A stretch of DNA of 64,000 nt, taken from Bacteroidota bacterium. GTDB lineage: Bacteria; Bacteroidota; Bacteroidia; JABDFU01. Below, one piece after another: positions 53,446 through 62,149 of this stretch (positions are counted from its first letter, which is position 1; every line of letters starts with the position of its first letter). The notes beneath the pieces are model-generated. The model did not search any database, was not told the DNA's origin, and saw only the letters and a program-made list of their open reading frames with translations. Where the stretch lies: NCBI GenBank assembly GCA_013286655.1, contig JABDFG010000003.1, forward strand, positions 8,906-72,905, in the 5' to 3' direction. Both the position numbers and the translations under genes were made by a program.

Positions 53446-55206
53446 CTAAATTGGTGCCAGGATTATGTGCAATTCCTTTTTTTGTTCTTCACTTATTTTT
53501 GAGGGTGCATCGATCATAATGTCCCGCCCTTTGTTGTTTTTCGGAAAGGCAATAAAATCCCGTATGGATTCAACTCCCCCGAACAGAGAACAAATGCGAT
53601 CAAACCCAAAGGCTATTCCTCCATGTGGTGGAGCGCCATATTCAAAGGCGTTCAGGAGAAATCCAAATTGTTCAAGTGCTTCTTCTTCCGTGAATCCTAA
53701 GCGTTGGAACATAAGGGCTTGTGTTTCTTTATTATGGATGCGGATCGATCCTCCTCCGATTTCGACACCGTTAACGACCATGTCGTAGGCATTCGCCCGG
53801 ACTGCTCCTGGGTCATCTTCCAATAAGTGCAGGTCTTCCGGATTTGCAGAGGTGAAGGGATGGTGCATAGCGAACCATCGTTTGGCTTCTTCGTTCCATT
53901 CCAACAAAGGAAAGTCGATTACCCAGAGACAGGAAAAAGTTCCGGCATTCCGGAGCCCTAGACGGTTGCCCATTTCCAAACGAAGCTCTCCCATTGCTTT
54001 GCGTGTTTTGTTGGGTTCACCGGCGAGTATAAGCATTAAGTCGCCTGGCTGTGCCTGCAATACTTCACTCCATTTTTTTAATTCTTCTGCATTGAAAAAT
54101 TTGTCAACGCTGGATTTAATCGTACCGTCCTGCTGGTAACGTGCATACACGAGCCCGGTCGCCCCTATCTGTGGGCGCTTTACAAATTCGGTAAGTTCGT
54201 CCAGTTGTTTACGGGTATATTCTCCGCAGCCCTTTGCACAAATGCCGATTATCAGTCCTGCGTCGTCGAATACTTTAAATCCTTTGCCTTTTACGGTGGA
54301 GTTGAGCTCAACGAATGTCATTTCGAATCGTGTATCTGGTTTATCGCAGCCATATAGTTTCATGGCTTTTGCATAAGTCATGTGGGGAAGGGAAGGAAGG
54401 TCTATGCCTTTAACGGTTTTAAATAAATGGCGGATCAATCCTTCAAACATATCCAGTATGTCCTTGCGTTCCACAAAGCTCATTTCACAATCTATTTGTG
54501 TGAATTCGGGCTGACGGTCGGCACGCAAGTCTTCGTCACGGAAACATTTTACGATCTGAAAATACCTGTCGAAGCCTCCTATCATCAGTAGTTGCTTGAA
54601 TGTCTGGGGCGACTGGGGCAGGGCATAAAATTCACCGGGATTCATGCGGGAGGGGACCACAAAGTCCCGTGCGCCTTCGGGTGTGGATTTTATTAAAACA
54701 GGCGTTTCTACTTCCAGAAATTTTTGTTTATCCAGGTAACTCCGGGTTTCCATGGCTAGTTTGTGGCGGAGCTGAAGTGCTTCCCGTACCGGATTGCGCC
54801 GGATATCCAGGTAACGGTATTTCATCCGGAGTTCGTCTCCCCCGTCTGTATGGTCTTCGATGGTGAAAGGGGGTGTTAGTGCCGTATTAAGTATTTCTAA
54901 TGTGTCGACAACTATTTCAATTTCCCCTGTCGGGAGTTTTGTGTTCTTATTACTTCGTTCGGTTACTTTTCCGATCGTGCGAATCACAAATTCGCGTCCC
55001 ACTTGCCTGGCTTTTATGCATTGTTCCTTGTGCGTTTCCATGTTAAAAGCAAGTTGTGTAATGCCATAACGATCCCGGAGGTCAATGAAAGTCATTCCGC
55101 CGAGGTCACGCGAACGCTGTACCCAGCCACACAAAACGACTTGCTGACCAAGGTCTTTCAATGTTAACTCCCCGCAAGTATGTGTACGTAATTCTGTTTG
55201 TAACAT
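53446..55206 (-). CDS. aspS: aspartate--tRNA ligase
   Basis: [46 protein letters not shown], class II motifs ([34 protein letters not shown]). Confidence 0.95.
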   Translation of the reverse strand: MLQTELRTHTCGELTLKDLGQQVVLCGWVQRSRDLGGMTFIDLRDRYGITQLAFNMETHKEQCIKARQVGREFVIRTIGKVTERSNKNTKLPTGEIEIVVDTLEILNTALTPPFTIEDHTDGGDELRMKYRYLDIRRNPVREALQLRHKLAMETRSYLDKQKFLEVETPVLIKSTPEGARDFVVPSRMNPGEFYALPQSPQTFKQLLMIGGFDRYFQIVKCFRDEDLRADRQPEFTQIDCEMSFVERKDILDMFEGLIRHLFKTVKGIDLPSLPHMTYAKAMKLYGCDKPDTRFEMTFVELNSTVKGKGFKVFDDAGLIIGICAKGCGEYTRKQLDELTEFVKRPQIGATGLVYARYQQDGTIKSSVDKFFNAEELKKWSEVLQAQPGDLMLILAGEPNKTRKAMGELRLEMGNRLGLRNAGTFSCLWVIDFPLLEWNEEAKRWFAMHHPFTSANPEDLHLLEDDPGAVRANAYDMVVNGVEIGGGSIRIHNKETQALMFQRLGFTEEEALEQFGFLLNAFEYGAPPHGGIAFGFDRICSLFGGVESIRDFIAFPKNNKGRDIMIDAPSKISEEQKKELHIILAPI

Positions 55207-55284
55207 AATGATTCATCAGATTAATAGTAGGGCAAAAATAATAAGAAATGCCCACGATTCCAGTTTTTTGCTAATTTGGTTGTT

Positions 55285-55734
55285 ATGGAAACAGTCCTGA
55301 ATGATGTGTATTTTATGAGGGAGGCCCTGAAGGAAGCCCGGAAGGCTTTTGATGCAGATGAAGTGCCGGTTGGCGCGGTGATTGTGTGCGGTACTAAAAT
55401 TATTGCAAGGGGATATAATTATACAGAGCATTTGAACGACGTTACTGCCCATGCTGAAATGCAGGCTTTTACTTCGGCGGCTAATTATCTGGGCGGCAAA
55501 TATCTAAACGAGTGCATATTGTATGTAACGCTGGAGCCTTGCGTCATGTGTGCCGGAGCCAGTTTCTGGACACAAATAAGCAAAATTGTGTATGGCGCCA
55601 AGGATGCGAAACGCGGCTATTCTCTGATTGAGAATAGTTTGCTTCATCCTAAGACAAAGGTCGTAAGTGGTATTTTGGAGGAAGAATGCTCCGATTTACT
55701 GAAGGAATTCTTTCGAAAGAAAAGATTGTTTTAA
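55285..55734 (+). CDS. tadA: tRNA-specific adenosine deaminase
   Basis: HAEMQAF...TLEPCVMCAGA zinc-deaminase motifs. The ORF opens at TTG 55276, and ATG 55285 is the likely start. Confidence 0.9.
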   Translation: METVLNDVYFMREALKEARKAFDADEVPVGAVIVCGTKIIARGYNYTEHLNDVTAHAEMQAFTSAANYLGGKYLNECILYVTLEPCVMCAGASFWTQISKIVYGAKDAKRGYSLIENSLLHPKTKVVSGILEEECSDLLKEFFRKKRLF

Positions 55735-55804
55735 TCGTAACTTAATTTACAGAAGAGTAGATGCTTTTTACTGCAAATGAAAATTTATCACTATCCTTAA
55801 GTTA

Positions 55805-57748
55805 CTAATTAACGATAACTTTTTTAATTGTCTCCGTATTTTGAGTTTTCAAATTTACAATGTAAACACCGCTTCCAAATTTTTTCAGATCAACTTGTTG
55901 CGTGTATGTTCCAGAAAAGTCTGTTACTTTTTCACTGGACAACAATTGACCCAATATGTTTTTTACCTCCAGCAAGTAATTATCTTTTTTGTTTGAATAG
56001 ATATTAATATTGAACAGCCCTTTGTTCGGGTTTGGGTATACCTCCAATAAAATGGATTCCTGTTTTTGCACCGGAATGCCGGTAGTTCCACTGATGCTGA
56101 TATTATCCAGATACAACAGACTTGCATGCGCAGATATATTTTCAAAAGAAAATATTATGCTTGGTTGGCCTACAAGCCCGGTAATACTGCTAAGGTCGAT
56201 TGTATTTGTTTTCCACCAATTATGGGCAGCGCTTTTTGTGAGATTATTCGGATAGAATATTCCGCCTGCACCTCCTGTTGTAGTGGTCAGGTTAGTACCC
56301 TGCATTTTCAACAGTGGCACCCAGGTGGTTCCGCAATCCGCAGAATACAGTATCGCAAGGGTATCAGTGGAAGCGCCGGCTGCAAAATCATAACTCAAAC
56401 TTGGGCCGGAGACGTTGGAGAAATCGTATTGGGGTGTACGAATAGCATATTTTTTACCGGTATTGTCGCCACATACATTATCAAAATAAATGCAGGAAGC
56501 ACTCTTTATATAGCCCCCAAACAGATTAGTGCCTTCCAGAGGAGGAATTGCCGTCCAGCCTAATGCAGTACTGTCCAATTGGTGCCAGTTAAAATAGCCA
56601 TCACCTGCCAGCGTCCAGCCTGGGGGTGGAAATGTACTTTCTTCAAAGTCTTCTGTAAAATTAATTGGATGCCCTTTGCTAATCGTACGAAAGCTCACTG
56701 TTGTAGTATCGTTTGCCGGAACCGGATCTATCATGCCATTTGGCAAGGTGGTGTATGCTTTAAAGATATGCGCCCCCACCGTTAAGGACTGAAGAGGCAA
56801 TGAGAGCGTATCTTTTTGTAAGCGAAGCATATTACCCGACCAGGGTATTGTATGGAGCGTGCCACCATCGACCTGGTAATTTATAGTTGCTGATTTTAGC
56901 ATATTAACACCCTTATTCTGTATAGTTAAAACGGGTATATAAGAAGTGCCGCATTCTTCAGCCGGAGTTGAAACCTCCGATATTCCTGCATCATTGTCTG
57001 CATACGAACTGGCTAATTTATCCAACAGGGTAAAGCCCATATATTCCATCTTATATTGAGGGGCCTCATGTGCCCTGCTGTACTCAATAGCCAGATTAAC
57101 AATAGCACCCGAATCAACAAAACGACGGTATAGGCGTGGTATAAAAGTTCTGTAATTTACCGCTGTATCCGTTCCGCTTGGGAGTAGTGGAATATTTTCA
57201 GATGAACCTACTCTGATAATAATAGGGATATACTTTCCATTTGAATAAGGATATTTTGGAGAACCGGGAGCTCCAAAGTCACTTAATAAAAAATCCGGTG
57301 TAAAAGCATAAATTCCCCGAAAACGCTTCCAGTTTATTAATCCATACATAAGAGCATATCTTCCTGCCCAGGACAATCCACAGATATAAACATAATCCGG
57401 ATCAATTTTATACGTTGACATGGTAGCATTTATCGCCAGGGTTATTTTACTGGAATCTCGAGAGTTAGGCCAGGAATTAGTAATAACATTAGCGTTAATT
57501 ATAATAGCGTTCAGAAAATAAGGGGAGCTGAGAATAGAATCGATATTAAAACCACCTATCGTAAGTATAAGCTTGTATTTATTTGTCGGGTTATAGTTAG
57601 AAGGCACATAATAATTTATTAGACAGGTATCGCCATTACCATATACCGTTTTTGTAAAAGTGCCGGTTTTTTGTGCAAAAGAAGCCTGACTTAATAACAC
57701 TACAATCCCTAGCAGAATTGTGTTAAATAAAGAGTTCGTTTTTCTCAT
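55805..57748 (-). CDS. secreted T9SS cargo: esterase-like alpha/beta-hydrolase N-domain plus Ig-like/choice-of-anchor-J-like domains
   Basis: Signal peptide. Nucleophile-elbow-like ICGLSWAGRYALMYG. EDFEESTFPPPGWTL motif. C-terminal LEVYPNPNKGLFNINIY...GVYIVNL sorting domain. Confidence 0.6.
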   Translation of the reverse strand: MRKTNSLFNTILLGIVVLLSQASFAQKTGTFTKTVYGNGDTCLINYYVPSNYNPTNKYKLILTIGGFNIDSILSSPYFLNAIIINANVITNSWPNSRDSSKITLAINATMSTYKIDPDYVYICGLSWAGRYALMYGLINWKRFRGIYAFTPDFLLSDFGAPGSPKYPYSNGKYIPIIIRVGSSENIPLLPSGTDTAVNYRTFIPRLYRRFVDSGAIVNLAIEYSRAHEAPQYKMEYMGFTLLDKLASSYADNDAGISEVSTPAEECGTSYIPVLTIQNKGVNMLKSATINYQVDGGTLHTIPWSGNMLRLQKDTLSLPLQSLTVGAHIFKAYTTLPNGMIDPVPANDTTTVSFRTISKGHPINFTEDFEESTFPPPGWTLAGDGYFNWHQLDSTALGWTAIPPLEGTNLFGGYIKSASCIYFDNVCGDNTGKKYAIRTPQYDFSNVSGPSLSYDFAAGASTDTLAILYSADCGTTWVPLLKMQGTNLTTTTGGAGGIFYPNNLTKSAAHNWWKTNTIDLSSITGLVGQPSIIFSFENISAHASLLYLDNISISGTTGIPVQKQESILLEVYPNPNKGLFNINIYSNKKDNYLLEVKNILGQLLSSEKVTDFSGTYTQQVDLKKFGSGVYIVNLKTQNTETIKKVIVN

Positions 57749-58184
57749 ACTGTAATATGTCAGATTTTTTTATTCAGTTTATTAGTGAAACTTGTCCCGT
57801 CATTTTTGGCGGGACTTAGTTGAACTTATTTGGTTCAATACCCTGCAGCTTGCTGTGAGGAGGTTCGTTGAAAACCATACTAGCTTAGCAGCGTCACATT
57901 CCTCCTCCTGGAAATCTTTTGTCCATTCACCAAAGTTGGTAAAATTAACATAAGCATTCGCCTCCAATAGTTGCATATTTATACCTAATAATGGAAATAT
58001 AAATCTACAAATCTTTATAACCAAGAAGTTTCCAGTTTTCGGTGTATTATTTCCAACTAACGGCTTGTAAGAAATATTGATTGGAGCCTGTTTAATGTAC
58101 AGTGTACATTTGAGTCGGAAAAGTATGCTGGTAAGGCCGAAAAGATGCATAAGCAAATTGTGAGATAAATTTTTAAAACAGCTC

Positions 58185-61100
58185 TTAGTATAACAAGGTT
58201 ATATTTCCCGTTTTGTTAATGGACTGCCCATTAGATAAAATGGCCTCTAAGGAATACGCAAAAACTCCCGCATTGAGAACTTTGCCACGGAAGGTACCAT
58301 CCCATCCCAGGGAGGAATTGGTGGTTTCAAACACCAATTCCCCCCAGCGGTCAAATACCTGCAGATGTATCTGGGTTATGCAATCGGAACCACGAACATA
58401 CAGCACATCATTCTTGCCATCTGCATTGGGTGAAAATGCTGTTGGGATAAATACTGCTGAGGCTTCACAGTTGACAACGGTTATCAACACACTGTCTGAA
58501 GCCGAACAGTTATGTACATCCGTTATTGTCACCTTGTAATTTGTCGTCTGGGTAGGGTCTGCGGTGGGATTATAAATGGTATCGTTACTCAGGAATGTGG
58601 CTGGTTTCCATAAATAGCGAACTCCTCCACTGGCTGATAATTGAATGCTTCTTCCCTGGGCGATTGTCTGACTAACGCCAGCAGAAACAACTGGATCGGA
58701 AAACTGAAGAATACTATCCAAGGCTATAGCTGTACAACCATTTCCATCCGTTACTGTAACTGTATAATAACCTGCGGCCAAACCCGAAACCGTGCTGCCT
58801 GAACCCAAAACTCCGGCACTCCAGGTATAGGTTAACCCACCGGTTCCAGCAGCATTCACTGTTATTGCCCCCATTGTTTCTCCCATGCAAATGTTAGTTG
58901 TGTTTGAGACAATAGCGGTCGGACCATTGCTGTTTTGAATTGCAACCGTTGAAGTGGAAGTACATCCATTTGCCGGATCGGTTGCTGTTACCGTATAGGT
59001 ACCCATCGCCAAACCGGAAGCAGTGGCACCAGCTGCTCCACTACTCCAGGTATAAGAATAAGCTGAACCGACAGCTCCTGTCACCAGCGCCTCTCCATCA
59101 CTGTGATTACAGGTTGCTTCTTTCACTTCTGCAGTACTTACTATGGTGGGCGGAGTGACATCACTTGTTACAATAACCGTGGTACTTACAGAACAATTGT
59201 TGATGTCTGTTGCCGTTACGGTATAGATTCCTGCTGCAGCTACTATAGCCGGGTTGGACGCATTCACCAATGCACCTCCGTTCCAGACCATATTGTCTGC
59301 GCTGATTCCTGTTAGGGTAACACTTGTTATGGTACAGCTTAGGTTACCATTGCTCTTTGCAGTTAAAGATGGACCGCCGGAAACAGTTACTGTTACGGTA
59401 GCAGTTTGTGAAACACAGGACGTCATGGACGTACCGGTTACGGTATACGTGGTAGTACCCGTCGGGCTGGCAGTGACGGATGAACCCGTAGTGGAACTTA
59501 AGCCTGCTGCGGGGCTCCAGCTATAATCGATTCCACCACTTGCCGAGAGCAGGGCTGAGGTGCTATTGCAGGAAATAGTGGTATTCGGGCTTGCCGTGAT
59601 AACCGGATTCGTACAGGCAATGTTAAACTTTGCTATGATGGGTGTTTCATTTGTCCCAAGAGTAGTATTGTAATAGGCTCCCGTAAGGGACTGAAGCTTA
59701 TAGCTGGTTCCGCTTGCGGCAGGACCCTGAGCGTCTCCTGCTACAAAAATACTTGCACCGTTACTGCTGACATAACTCCCATCATCCTCTCCATCAATTC
59801 CGAAATAAGTAGCCCATTGTATAATTCCGGATGTATTGAACTGCAGAATAAAAGGCTCCTGCGTTCCCTTGTTTCCAAATGCAGGCTGATAAAAGCCACC
59901 ACAGGGAGGAGCTTTGGTCGGAAAATCTGTTGAGCTTGTACCTCCGCATACCCATACATTCGATCCATCGCTTTGGATAGAATAGCCGATATCGCTCTTG
60001 GTTCCTCCGTAAAAGGTTCCCCATACCAGGCTGCTGTTAGCGCAATTGAATTGTAAAATAAATGCAGTTCCGCCGGAATTACCGGGATTGCTGTTAATCC
60101 CATTGAAATATTGACCTGTAGTTGGATTTTTGGTTGGGAAATCTGTTGAAAAAGAAACGCCGGTCAGCCATACATTTACTCCATCACTGCTAATGGACTT
60201 CCCTTCATCACCGAAAAAAACGCCTCCGCCACCACTTCCCCCATAATAGGTAGCCCATATCGGAGTACTGGTGACACAACTGAACTGTAAAATGAATACA
60301 TTGGTAGCTCCCGCGCCTCCCAATGTAGGTTGATTATAAGCTCCGCCAAGAGGATGCAAAGGAAAATCGGCTGAAGTGGTTAGGCCTGTGACCCATACAT
60401 TTGATTTGTCACTTTGTATCGAAAAACCAATATCGCTGCCACTCCCGCCATAGTAGCTCGCCCAGGTTAATGAACTATTGGCACAACTAAACTGTAAAAC
60501 AAAGGCATCTCCCGATCCTTTCGCAGCCTGATTATAAGCTGTTCCAAGCGTTTTCGTTGGGAAATTTGTTGATTGTGTCTCTCCTGTTATCCATACACTT
60601 GTACCATCACTATTTATGGAATAACCAAAATCAATGGTGCTCCCCCCATAATAAGTTGCCCATGTTCTACTACCGGTACTGGTTTGAAATTGTAAAACAA
60701 AGGCATTAAAAGCTCCGACTCCTCCTATCGTGGATTGATTATATGCAGTACCAAGCGTTTTCGTGGGGAAATTTGTTGATTGTGTTTCTCCTGTCACCCA
60801 TATATTTGCGCCATCGCTGCTAATGGAATTACCCTGATCCATTGAGCCACCCCCATAATAAGTTGCCCAGATGAGTTTGCCACAGGTGGTGAACTGAAGT
60901 ATAATGACATCTGAAGAGCCAATTACCTTTCCCTGGAAATAAGCTCCTCCCCCTGGGTTAAGCGTATCTCCCGCCGGAAATCCTGTATTCAGGGAATACC
61001 CGGTTAGCCATACATTTGCTGCATCGGCACTTATTGAATTAATGTCTCCCCCGCCATTTGTAGCAGAACCCCCAAAATAAGTTGACCATTGCAAAGCTGG

Positions 61101-62081
61101 GTCTATGACTAAATTCATATCAGGATTGTACTTCCCTATTTTGAACACCAGCTTATTTCCCTGAATGCTGAAATGAGTATCTATTGTTCGATGATCATCA
61201 GTCTGGTAACTTACAGGGATTCCCTCCATAACATCACCCATAGGTGTGTTTACTTTAACAGAGCCATCTCTTTGCAATTTTGGTTTATCAGCCCATTTAT
61301 AACGGAGCTGTATAAGTGAGGGGTCAGCTCCAGGATGGACGACAAAATCGTATTTAAAACCACCGGTGTTAGTCTTTAGTCTCGAGTCTCGAGTCTTTAG
61401 TTCTGAATCTTTGGAAGATACATTCTCTGCACTCGGTACTCCGGACTCATTACTCTGTACTCCTGCTAAAGAATAAAGCACCCAATCTATCCCCGGATAA
61501 ATATTTTTAATTGTAATTTTTTCATAGCTGTGGACATTCAATACTCCATCCGGACAATGGGGCAGATAATAGTCAGTCCGGTCTTCGCTTTCCTGCTCTT
61601 TAATGATATTTTCCTTCTTAATTACTGCTCCTGCTAAGTCCATATCAGCACGGCAATATTGAATTTGTGTACTCTCCGGATTTTGCAAACTGCGGCCTGG
61701 TAAAGTAACTGAATTATTCAGTTGCGGTATGACTGATCTCTCGATTTTGGTAAAGACATAACTCAAGCCCGAGGTTGTGATATAGAGATCAACCCCATTG
61801 CTATTCGTCTTAAACAACAGATGGGTGTCCGCCACACACTTATCCGAAGTGCGGTCTTGCAAATCCGCCATTTGGCCTTTGTTTTCTGTAAAACGAAGCG
61901 TCCCACGTGCTGGCCCAATACCCGTATGGGTATCGTTCCTACTTTGTATCCAGCTCTTAACCTTAGTCTCCAATGTGGGATCGTTGCTGCCCATAACAGG
62001 TGAAAAGGACCGAACTAACAGTAATAGAAACAGAAAAGACGCCCCGCTGCTTTGCTGTGAGGAGATTGGTTGCTTTTCCAA
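58185..62081 (-). CDS. giant surface adhesin: SBBP beta-propeller repeats + SprB/Ig-like repeats + type-B T9SS (CHU_C, gliding-associated) C-terminal domain
   Basis: Repeated WATYYGGS..D.G.SI.SDG.NVWVTG.T.S..FPT (SBBP). SprB-like C.G...GAI.V.A.G..L.Y.WS. C-terminal FIPTAFSPNADGKNDVLYVRG...VFDRWGELVF. The ORF opens at 62270, but that overlaps the upstream gene by 121 nt. TTG 62081 gives a signal peptide (MEKQPISSQQSSGASFLFLLLLVRSFS). The start is uncertain. Confidence 0.75.
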   Translation of the reverse strand: MEKQPISSQQSSGASFLFLLLLVRSFSPVMGSNDPTLETKVKSWIQSRNDTHTGIGPARGTLRFTENKGQMADLQDRTSDKCVADTHLLFKTNSNGVDLYITTSGLSYVFTKIERSVIPQLNNSVTLPGRSLQNPESTQIQYCRADMDLAGAVIKKENIIKEQESEDRTDYYLPHCPDGVLNVHSYEKITIKNIYPGIDWVLYSLAGVQSNESGVPSAENVSSKDSELKTRDSRLKTNTGGFKYDFVVHPGADPSLIQLRYKWADKPKLQRDGSVKVNTPMGDVMEGIPVSYQTDDHRTIDTHFSIQGNKLVFKIGKYNPDMNLVIDPALQWSTYFGGSATNGGGDINSISADAANVWLTGYSLNTGFPAGDTLNPGGGAYFQGKVIGSSDVIILQFTTCGKLIWATYYGGGSMDQGNSISSDGANIWVTGETQSTNFPTKTLGTAYNQSTIGGVGAFNAFVLQFQTSTGSRTWATYYGGSTIDFGYSINSDGTSVWITGETQSTNFPTKTLGTAYNQAAKGSGDAFVLQFSCANSSLTWASYYGGSGSDIGFSIQSDKSNVWVTGLTTSADFPLHPLGGAYNQPTLGGAGATNVFILQFSCVTSTPIWATYYGGSGGGGVFFGDEGKSISSDGVNVWLTGVSFSTDFPTKNPTTGQYFNGINSNPGNSGGTAFILQFNCANSSLVWGTFYGGTKSDIGYSIQSDGSNVWVCGGTSSTDFPTKAPPCGGFYQPAFGNKGTQEPFILQFNTSGIIQWATYFGIDGEDDGSYVSSNGASIFVAGDAQGPAASGTSYKLQSLTGAYYNTTLGTNETPIIAKFNIACTNPVITASPNTTISCNSTSALLSASGGIDYSWSPAAGLSSTTGSSVTASPTGTTTYTVTGTSMTSCVSQTATVTVTVSGGPSLTAKSNGNLSCTITSVTLTGISADNMVWNGGALVNASNPAIVAAAGIYTVTATDINNCSVSTTVIVTSDVTPPTIVSTAEVKEATCNHSDGEALVTGAVGSAYSYTWSSGAAGATASGLAMGTYTVTATDPANGCTSTSTVAIQNSNGPTAIVSNTTNICMGETMGAITVNAAGTGGLTYTWSAGVLGSGSTVSGLAAGYYTVTVTDGNGCTAIALDSILQFSDPVVSAGVSQTIAQGRSIQLSASGGVRYLWKPATFLSNDTIYNPTADPTQTTNYKVTITDVHNCSASDSVLITVVNCEASAVFIPTAFSPNADGKNDVLYVRGSDCITQIHLQVFDRWGELVFETTNSSLGWDGTFRGKVLNAGVFAYSLEAILSNGQSINKTGNITLLY

Positions 62082-62149
62082 ATTCTTTTGTAATTTATCC
62101 GGTATTAGCGTTCTATCTGAGCCTTTTCTACGTAAAGACTTTTTAATTT

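Noticed and set aside
55737-55805. 9-bp inverted repeat gtaacttaa ... ttaagttac flanking the tadA / T9SS-gene convergent gap.
   Set aside because: The arms are short, AT-rich and separated by 51 nt, so it is a weak structure that could arise by chance. It is not a convincing bidirectional terminator.
57800-58156. 118-aa minus-strand ORF in the 436-nt gap between the adhesin and the esterase-like gene.
   Set aside because: No signal, domain or start context, and AT-rich. It is more likely the promoter/leader region of the downstream T9SS gene. It contains the hairpin gtcccg...cgggac and one copy of the GC-rich word.
61378-61391. Two adjacent XhoI sites (ctcgag) suggesting a cloning or linker artefact.
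   Set aside because: They are simply the junctions of the two identical agtctcg heptamer units inside a continuous, in-frame ORF.
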